Assembly: GCA_027623675.1 (NCBI GenBank)
Contig: JAQBVF010000013.1
Location: forward strand, 1 to 64,000
Direction of reading: 5' to 3'
Length of the DNA stretch: 64,000 nucleotides
From: Chloroflexota bacterium
GTDB taxonomy: Bacteria; Chloroflexota; Dehalococcoidia; Lucifugimonadales; UBA3495
The translations under genes and the position numbers were made by a program. A model generated the notes under the pieces. It worked only from the letters and a program-made list of their open reading frames with translations. It had not been told where the DNA came from and made no database searches. Below are positions 57,537-64,000 of the stretch, piece after piece; positions within the stretch are counted from its first letter, which is position 1; every line of letters begins with the position of its first letter.

Positions 57537-58943
57537 ATGGCCACCACAAGAGCCGCAGCCGACCCCGCCCACACCTTGGCCGTCCACATCTGCGCGTCCA
57601 AAATAGATGACCTTTCGGATAAGACGCTGGAGGCAACCCGGCGCGATGCGCTCGATACCTTTGGAGCCATGCTCGGAGGAAGCGGCGCGCCGGGCATCGC
57701 GGAATTGGCCGGCCTGACCGGTAGATGGGGCGGCCTGGAAGAAGCTACTGTGGCGGTCTTGGGCGGCAAGATGCCTGCCCACCACACGGCGCTGGTCAAC
57801 TCGGCCATGGGCCACGCGCTGGACTTCGACGACACATTTGACAAGGGCGGGCACGTGCATCCCGGCACTTCGGTTTTGGCGGCTAGCCTGGCGGTGGCCG
57901 AGTCGCTGGGCGGGGTGACCGGAGACCGTTTGATGCTGGCGGTCACGCTGGGACTGGACGTCTCATGCCGCTTGGGTCTGGCGGCCCATAATGACCGGGG
58001 CTGGCACCGCACCGCCAGCTTCGGGATATTCGGCGCAACCGCGGCGGCCGGCAAACTGCTCGACCTGACCCAAGAACAGATGGTCCACGCCTTTGGCATC
58101 GCCTACAGTCAGGCGGCAGGCAACCGGCAGTGCATCGTCGACGGCGCGTTGACCAAGCGGTTCCAGGCCGGGCAGGCGGCCCATGCGGCGGTGCTGTCGG
58201 CGTTCCTAGCCAGAGAAGGGTTCACCGGCGCCGCCAACGTGTTTGCCGGGCCATACGGATTCTTCCCCATGTATCAGCCGGATGGCTATGACCTCTCGCT
58301 TGTTACCAAAGACCTGGGACAGGAATACCTGGGCGACCGGTTGAGCTTGAAACCCTATCCGTGCGGCCGCCCCACCCACACCTACATCGACGCCGCCGTG
58401 AAACTGCACCGCGAGTTGGTTCTGGGAGACAACGCCATTGAGTCCGTGGTGGTGCGGACCGACCCGGACACGTTTTCCTCGCGGTACAGCGTGTCTTCGG
58501 GAGTGGCGCGGCCCCAACAGCAGGTAGAGGCCCAGTTCAGTCTGCCCTATCTGATCGGATCAGCCCTGGCTCTGGGCGGCGTGGGCATCGACCAGATCAC
58601 CGCCTTCAACAACCCAGCGGTGCTGGCTGCGGCCCAACTGGTCAAGGCCGAGTGCAAAGACGACGCGCCCAAAGGATGGGCCGAGATTCAGGTCGTCTGC
58701 ACTGACGGAAGATCGGCGTCGGTGGAACTGGAGCCGCCATCGGGCTCGCCGGACAACCCCCCGTCCACCGAACAACTGGAGACCAAATTCCGGGATTGCG
58801 CCGCCCACGCCCTGAACCCCGTGCTTCCGGCCGCGGTCGATGAGATGATTGGCTTGATAATGGGACCGGGCGTGATGTCCGACTCCAGGAAATTGACCGC
58901 GCTGTCGCTGGACTCAGCGCAGGCAAGACCAGACCAGATCTAG
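57537..58943 (+). CDS. MmgE/PrpD-family protein
   Basis: GHALDFDDT..HPG, GWH.T, KRFQAG, KPYPCG, QFSLPY, GSPDNP. Confidence 0.92.
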   Translation: MATTRAAADPAHTLAVHICASKIDDLSDKTLEATRRDALDTFGAMLGGSGAPGIAELAGLTGRWGGLEEATVAVLGGKMPAHHTALVNSAMGHALDFDDTFDKGGHVHPGTSVLAASLAVAESLGGVTGDRLMLAVTLGLDVSCRLGLAAHNDRGWHRTASFGIFGATAAAGKLLDLTQEQMVHAFGIAYSQAAGNRQCIVDGALTKRFQAGQAAHAAVLSAFLAREGFTGAANVFAGPYGFFPMYQPDGYDLSLVTKDLGQEYLGDRLSLKPYPCGRPTHTYIDAAVKLHRELVLGDNAIESVVVRTDPDTFSSRYSVSSGVARPQQQVEAQFSLPYLIGSALALGGVGIDQITAFNNPAVLAAAQLVKAECKDDAPKGWAEIQVVCTDGRSASVELEPPSGSPDNPPSTEQLETKFRDCAAHALNPVLPAAVDEMIGLIMGPGVMSDSRKLTALSLDSAQARPDQI

Positions 58944-58953
58944 GAAGGTTAGT

Positions 58954-60648
58954 TTGACCACAGATAACATAATCAACGACGCCATCGACACCCTGCTCAG
59001 GGTCCGGCCCGGATTCTGGTCGCGGACATCCTGCGGCGTCACTCGCTCTTTAACCCCGATCCCGGCGCTGCTTGACCGCAACGCCTACTCCTTTGAAACC
59101 TCCCGGACCAGGATACTGCTGGTCGGCGGGTTGTCGGGCGAGAAAGCCGACGTGGACATGGCGCTGCACGCCCTGGAACTGTTCGCCGGCGGCGGCGACG
59201 CACTGTCCCTCCGCGTCGCCCTCAGCGCGGTGCCCTGCGCCAACCCCGATGGGCTTCGCCTGAACGTGGCGCCGGGGAATGGGGCCGGAGGCGACCCCTC
59301 CGGAGTCTATCCGCCCGAGGGCAAGTTCTACTACGACCCGGAGAACCCGGAGAAGCGCTATCTGTGGCGGTGGATCACCTTCCAAGCTCCGGAACTGGTG
59401 TTGGAACTGCGCTCGGGCAACTCGGTGAGGTGGGAGCACAACCAGGCGGCAGGTAATCTGGCCCCTGGTCTGGGCGGCAGGACCATCACGGGCGAGCAGG
59501 GTTTGCTGGCCGCGCTGGGCACCGGCCACCCCGACGGCCTGGGCACGATTCCCGGCATCAGACTGACGGCGTCGGACGAACAGATGCCCCGGGAATTGAG
59601 CCGCCTCTTCAGCATGCTCAGAGACGTTGATGTCCTGGTCAAGTCCAACGCCAGGCTGGCCTTGGATGCCCGCCGGGCACGTCCCGGATTGGTTATCGCC
59701 AAGTCACTGGCGGCGGCCTACGGCCACACCTTCGAGCCGGTGGTCTACACCCAAGGGGTGCCCATCAGCGGCCGTCTCAGGCTGCACGGGCTGGATCCCA
59801 AGGGAGAAAACCCTGCGCCCGACGTGGCCCGGCTGCTCGAATCCTTCACGGCGGAAGGCGTGCCTGAGGGTATCGCACCGTCGGCCCTGGCTTCGGTGGT
59901 CTGGGCGGACGAACTGTCCGAAGCCACCGGCGACACCCGCTACAACGGACTGATCATCCAGGCGGCCGACCGGTTCGAGTCCACCGGTCAGGGCAGCGCC
60001 CCCAAACCTTGCGACCCGGATTTCCGCACCGAGGACATGTTCATGGCCGGGTCGGTCCTGGGCCGGGCGTTCAAACTGACCGGAGAAAAGAGATACGCCG
60101 ACATACTGGCCAACTTTATCGTCGACGGCAAGATTCAACAGGACCACGGCCTGTTCTGGCATTGCCGTTCCGCCGCCTACTATTGGGGCCGGGGCAACGG
60201 GTTCGCCGCCATGGGCCTGACCGAGTCCCTAACCTACCTGCCGGAAGACCAGCCCCAGCGCGCGGCCATCACGGCCATGTATCGACGGTTGATGGAGTCA
60301 CTGCGCCGTTTGCAGCATCCCTCCGGGTTGCTGGCCAACGTGTTGGACTTCCCCGGGTCGTATCTGGAGTTCACCGCCACCTGCATGATGGGCTACTCCA
60401 TAGCCCGTGGACTGCGGCTGGGCATCCTCACCGATGACTTCCGGGAGCCGCTGGACCTGGCCTGGGGCGCGGTCGCCGAGCGGATCGACGATGTCGGAGG
60501 CGTGGTTGACGGCTGTGCCAGCACCGGAGTGCAGAACAACGTCCGTGAGTACTTGGACCGGCCGGCCATCTTCGGCTTCGATGACCGCAGCGGCGGCATG
60601 GCCCTCTGGTTCAACCTGGAGATGGAGCGCCTGGCCCGGGGCATTTAA
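58954..60648 (+). CDS. fusion of a degenerate M14 carboxypeptidase-like domain and a GH88/GH105-type (alpha/alpha)6 hydrolase domain
   Basis: N-terminal ILLVGG..GE, VPCANPDG, PE.RYL. C-terminal EDMFM, GLFWH, WGRGNGFAA, LQHPSG, E.TATCM. Confidence 0.75.
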   Translation: MTTDNIINDAIDTLLRVRPGFWSRTSCGVTRSLTPIPALLDRNAYSFETSRTRILLVGGLSGEKADVDMALHALELFAGGGDALSLRVALSAVPCANPDGLRLNVAPGNGAGGDPSGVYPPEGKFYYDPENPEKRYLWRWITFQAPELVLELRSGNSVRWEHNQAAGNLAPGLGGRTITGEQGLLAALGTGHPDGLGTIPGIRLTASDEQMPRELSRLFSMLRDVDVLVKSNARLALDARRARPGLVIAKSLAAAYGHTFEPVVYTQGVPISGRLRLHGLDPKGENPAPDVARLLESFTAEGVPEGIAPSALASVVWADELSEATGDTRYNGLIIQAADRFESTGQGSAPKPCDPDFRTEDMFMAGSVLGRAFKLTGEKRYADILANFIVDGKIQQDHGLFWHCRSAAYYWGRGNGFAAMGLTESLTYLPEDQPQRAAITAMYRRLMESLRRLQHPSGLLANVLDFPGSYLEFTATCMMGYSIARGLRLGILTDDFREPLDLAWGAVAERIDDVGGVVDGCASTGVQNNVREYLDRPAIFGFDDRSGGMALWFNLEMERLARGI

Positions 60649-60691
60649 CCGTGGTATTTAACCGGAGTATTTAATCGGGGTATTTAACCCA
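60640..60691 (+). repeat. four tandem 13-bp units (consensus GGTATTTAACCGG) starting in the stop codon region
   Basis: GGCATTTAACCGT GGTATTTAACCGG AGTATTTAATCGG GGTATTTAACCCA. Confidence 0.85.
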
Positions 60692-60718
60692 GAATCTAGA
60701 CACAGCGGAGGTGGCTTC

Positions 60719-61891
60719 GTGCCATTAACCTACAGTCACAATAGCGTGGCCCAGGAGATTGTTTGCGCCGAGGATGCCATCAGCGGACTTCCCGGCGTTC
60801 TCGACCGGCTGGGCGGCTCCCGGGCGATAGTGATTTGCGGTCCGTCCATACTGGAGAAATCGGACGTGGTGAGCCGGGTGCAAACTGCTTTGGGCGACCG
60901 CTGTGCCGGCCTGTTTTCCGGAGTGGCCCCCCACTCGCCGGTCCATGCCCTGGTCGAAGCCATGCGGCTGGCTGGCGACATCAAACCAGACATCCTGGTC
61001 AGCGTTGGTGGCGGCAGCACCCATGACACAACCAAGGGGATCGCCACGCTTCTCGGAGAAGGCGGGCGCATCCACGACCATCAGGTGATCTTCGAGCCGC
61101 CGGACAAGATCGTTCATCCCAAGCTGTCGTCCGAGCGGGTGCCGATAGTCACCGTGCCCACCACCATGGGCGGCGCCGAACTGAGCCGAGGGGCCGGGTT
61201 CGCCGACAAGGACCTGGGCCGTAAGGTGTTGGTGGCGGACCCTGCCACCATTCCTCGCTCGATCGTCATCGACGGCCAGGCGCTGGCTACCACCCCCATG
61301 CACATCCTGCTGTCCACCGCCATGGGGCAGATGCGCATCGCCGTGGAGACCGTCTATTCCACCAAACACAACCCCATTTCCGATGCCATGGCCCTGCACG
61401 CCATCGCCATGCTGGTGGAGTATCTGCCCAGATGCCCCAGCTTGGACATGGACTGCCTGCTCAATACCAAAACGGCGGCGTCGCTGGCGTCGCTGGCCGG
61501 AGTAGGCGGCCTGGGCTTGAACACGGCCACCGCTCACCACGTCGGCGGCCTTTATGACGTGCCTCACGGCGACGCCAACGCCATCATGCTGCCCCACTCC
61601 ATGCGCTTTAACGCCGAGGCCTCGGCGGACCGGCAGGCGTTGATCGCCCAGGCCATGGGCATCGACACAGCCGGCATGAGCGACGAGGAAGCGGCGCTGG
61701 CGGCGGCGGACGCGGTGGAGGACCTGCGGGTATCCCTGGGATTGCCGGGGCGGTTGCGAGATGTGGGTGTGCCGGAAGAAGGCCTAGAACTCATCGCGGC
61801 GGCAACTCTTCACGACCGCGCCCTGGCAACCAACCCAAGGCCGGTGGTTGATGCCGGACCGATAATGGCCCTGCTGCGTAGTTCCTGGTAA
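60719..61891 (+). CDS. iron-containing alcohol dehydrogenase family (maleylacetate-reductase-like), metal ligands degenerate
   Basis: VGGGSTHDTTKG, VPTT..G.E, VPHG.ANA.MLP, LP.RL.DVG, NPR. Confidence 0.88.
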   Translation: MPLTYSHNSVAQEIVCAEDAISGLPGVLDRLGGSRAIVICGPSILEKSDVVSRVQTALGDRCAGLFSGVAPHSPVHALVEAMRLAGDIKPDILVSVGGGSTHDTTKGIATLLGEGGRIHDHQVIFEPPDKIVHPKLSSERVPIVTVPTTMGGAELSRGAGFADKDLGRKVLVADPATIPRSIVIDGQALATTPMHILLSTAMGQMRIAVETVYSTKHNPISDAMALHAIAMLVEYLPRCPSLDMDCLLNTKTAASLASLAGVGGLGLNTATAHHVGGLYDVPHGDANAIMLPHSMRFNAEASADRQALIAQAMGIDTAGMSDEEAALAAADAVEDLRVSLGLPGRLRDVGVPEEGLELIAAATLHDRALATNPRPVVDAGPIMALLRSSW

Positions 61892-62061
61892 CACTGGTAG
61901 TGGAACGGTTGGCTTGGGAAAGGCTAATGACAAGCCGGGTCTGACGCCTTTCGTCTAAGCCGCAGTCGGCTCCTAGGGGCCCATCTTAGCTTGGCGCTGA
62001 TCGGGGGCGGAATCGCCCCGGCAACAGAGGCGCCGAGATACTGAAGTCCCCGTTTGCCGGT

Positions 62062-62859
62062 CTAGGCGAAGAAGTTACGCACCAGACCCAGGAATTCATC
62101 GGTCTTTTCTATCTCGGGGTGGTGGCCGCAGCCGGATAGTATCTCCAACCGCGCGCCGTTGATCGCCTGCTTGTACGCCTCCCCGGCGCTGAGTGGCACG
62201 ACCACGTCCTGTTCACCCCAGACCAATAGCGTGGGCAGGTCTTTCAACCGGCCCAGCAGATGGGGTAGCGCCTGGTTGTACATGTAGGGGCGCCAGGTCA
62301 GCCGGCACGCTTCCTCCCGCGCCGCCTCCCAGCGTTCGATCTGCTCGGGTCCGGCGTCGCCGGGGCAGTAGACGGCGAATTCCGGGGTCGAGGCCGGATC
62401 GAGAAAGCTGGTTTCCATGTATTCCCTGGTGACGATCAAGAACATGTCCAGTATCTCGCCCGTCGGCGGACGGATGCCGGGCGGGGCCACCAGCGCCATC
62501 TTCTTGAATGTCTGGGGCGATTGGCTAGCCATCTCGGCCGCGAGCCATCCGCCAAGTGACAACCCCAGAACATTCACCTTCTCCAGCCCCATCTCTTCGA
62601 TGGCGCGCAGATACCAACTGGCCAGGTCTCTAACGCTCATGATCCACTCCAACTGGGGGGTGACGCCGAACCCCGGATGGGCCGGCATGTGGACCGTGAA
62701 GTCATTCGCCAGTTCTTCGGCGTACCTGAGGGGGGTCGATAGGCCCATCTCGTCGTGAAGGACCAACAGCGGTTCTCCGCTGCCCCCCGTGACCATGTGG
62801 AGATCGGCGCCGCCTACCTGGGTTGTCCCTTCCGTCCAAATCAAGGAACTGGTGGACAT
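62062..62859 (-). CDS. alpha/beta hydrolase
   Basis: HPGFG, GLSLGGWLAAE, WGEQD, CGH; AGGAG RBS. Confidence 0.9.
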   Translation of the reverse strand: MSTSSLIWTEGTTQVGGADLHMVTGGSGEPLLVLHDEMGLSTPLRYAEELANDFTVHMPAHPGFGVTPQLEWIMSVRDLASWYLRAIEEMGLEKVNVLGLSLGGWLAAEMASQSPQTFKKMALVAPPGIRPPTGEILDMFLIVTREYMETSFLDPASTPEFAVYCPGDAGPEQIERWEAAREEACRLTWRPYMYNQALPHLLGRLKDLPTLLVWGEQDVVVPLSAGEAYKQAINGARLEILSGCGHHPEIEKTDEFLGLVRNFFA

Positions 62860-63031
62860 GGAATCGCTCCTACTGAGTGTTGATTGATCCGCCAAGTTAA
62901 GGAACACGCCAAGATGGGACCGGTCCCGTGGCGGGTTGGCGGCGGTTTCATTGTTGCGCCGGTTGGCTGGACGCCTTGATTTTGGGTTGCCGTGCTTGGG
63001 CTTGTCAACCGCCGGAACGAAACCACCCTGA

Positions 63032-63059
63032 TTGACACGCCACAGGAATGCTCTATAAT
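63032..63059 (+). promoter_or_regulatory. consensus sigma70 promoter
   Basis: TTGACA-N16-TATAAT. Confidence 0.65.
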
Positions 63060-63263
63060 GCCGACAATTTACGAATAAACGGTAAGATGCTAGCCAAATT
63101 GCTGTGATTACCGACCTGCTAATACTCTTATCGTAACGGTTAGAGTATTAGCCACGGTTAATGCACTTGTTCCCCTTGGACGGGAACGTCGTTGGTCTCC
63201 AACATTGTAGATGGGCCTCCCGCCGCTGCATTTGGCGAAACGGTCTTTTGGGATGTATACCTG

Positions 63264-64000
63264 ATGTCAGCGCCTCAAATAGGCCAAGCTTCCCCTGCTG
63301 ACCGTGCTGGCCGTCTCGGGCCGTTCGCCGAACTGACGTTATTCGCCATAGTGCCCTTGCTCTTGCTGGGCGGCCTACTTGCCGGGCTGATCGCCTCCGG
63401 GGCGTTGCCGGCCAAGCCTGCGGGCAGGGATGGCGGCGTGCTGGATGCCTTGTTCCTTGGTCCGGTGGGAGTGTTCATCACCGGCAAAGACGACCTCGAA
63501 CTGCGCTCCAAGGATGGCCGGGTGATGGTGGCGGTGCCAGCCGGTGCCGTAGCGTCTCCCATCTTCCTAAGCTACCAAGAATCTGGCCTGGCCGGGACTC
63601 CACCTCTGCCGCGAGGACACCGCAGCACCGGACGTTTCTTCGAACTGTTAGCACGGCCGGGGCCGCCATTAGGCTCGGACATCGAAGAAACCGAAGAAAA
63701 CCTGAAAGAAGACCCGGTCCGGTTCCAGCGTATGTTATCCATCAGTGTTGGGATCGAGCGAAGTGACATGGCTATGGCCGGGGATGACTACTCGCGTTTC
63801 GCAATTCAGCATTTTCTGGAGCGGGAAGGCGTCTGGGAGACGCTGGAGACAGCCGCCGACCCTGTGAACGCCACGGTGACGGCCCAGGTGGACAGCCTCA
63901 GCCGGTTCGCCCTCACCGTCGGTCCTGTTGCAGACGTTGGTGTCGTTGAAATTGGACTAATGCCGCCGGTGGGCCCCTCAGCCCTCGGTGGCCCGCCGCC
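63264..64000 (+). CDS. membrane-anchored surface protein, 3' end outside the window (absent from the ORF track)
   Basis: Frame is open from ATG 63264 to the window end: MSAPQ.., TM LTLFAIVPLLLLGGLLAGLIA, SKDGRVMVAVPAGAV, WETLETAADPVNATVTAQVDSLSRFAL (ZU5/pre-PGF-like beta domain). Confidence 0.65.
   Translation, partial: MSAPQIGQASPADRAGRLGPFAELTLFAIVPLLLLGGLLAGLIASGALPAKPAGRDGGVLDALFLGPVGVFITGKDDLELRSKDGRVMVAVPAGAVASPIFLSYQESGLAGTPPLPRGHRSTGRFFELLARPGPPLGSDIEETEENLKEDPVRFQRMLSISVGIERSDMAMAGDDYSRFAIQHFLEREGVWETLETAADPVNATVTAQVDSLSRFALTVGPVADVGVVEIGLMPPVGPSALGGPP

Noticed and set aside
60640..60691. CRISPR array (also considered for the 19-bp and 30-bp repeats)
   Set aside because: The units are contiguous or occur only twice, derive from gene ends, lack a spacer series, and no cas genes are present.

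Overview
A 64-kb, GC-rich bacterial window. The gene content (11-subunit complex I without nuoEFG, a DUF2298/'YYY' membrane protein, LLM, MmgE/PrpD and CitE-family paralogs, TolB-like and peptide-ABC lipoproteins) suggests Chloroflexota/Dehalococcoidia, probably SAR202-like; this placement is inference only. From left to right: the left end of an IS21 element whose istA is frameshifted by a 23-bp insertion and which truncates a voltage-gated K+ channel gene; a peptide/nickel ABC SBP plus two permeases; an OsmC-family gene split by an in-frame TGA with a SECIS-like hairpin (probable selenoprotein); PHP, thioesterase and trmD; an AT-richer UDG-fold-like orphan; amidohydrolase, TolB-like propeller, flavin reductase and a CinA-like/HxGH nucleotidyltransferase fusion; nuoABC-[two HicB-like ORFs]-DHIJKLMN; LOG-family gene, eno and gap; a 1506-aa double GT-C/DUF2298 protein; an orphan sigma70 promoter ahead of a structured non-coding stretch; ktrB-ktrA, usp-trkA-trkA-pheA; leuS, a TM0106 nuclease and an orphan cobI/cbiL; then a catabolic region (MDR dehydrogenase, hydrolases, ADP-forming acyl-CoA ligase, three tandem CitE-like lyases, two MmgE/PrpD, LLM, MBL, an M14-like/GH105 fusion and a degenerate Fe-ADH); and a partial surface protein at the right edge. 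No rRNA, tRNA or CRISPR array was seen. All family calls come from motif recognition by eye, not database searches.
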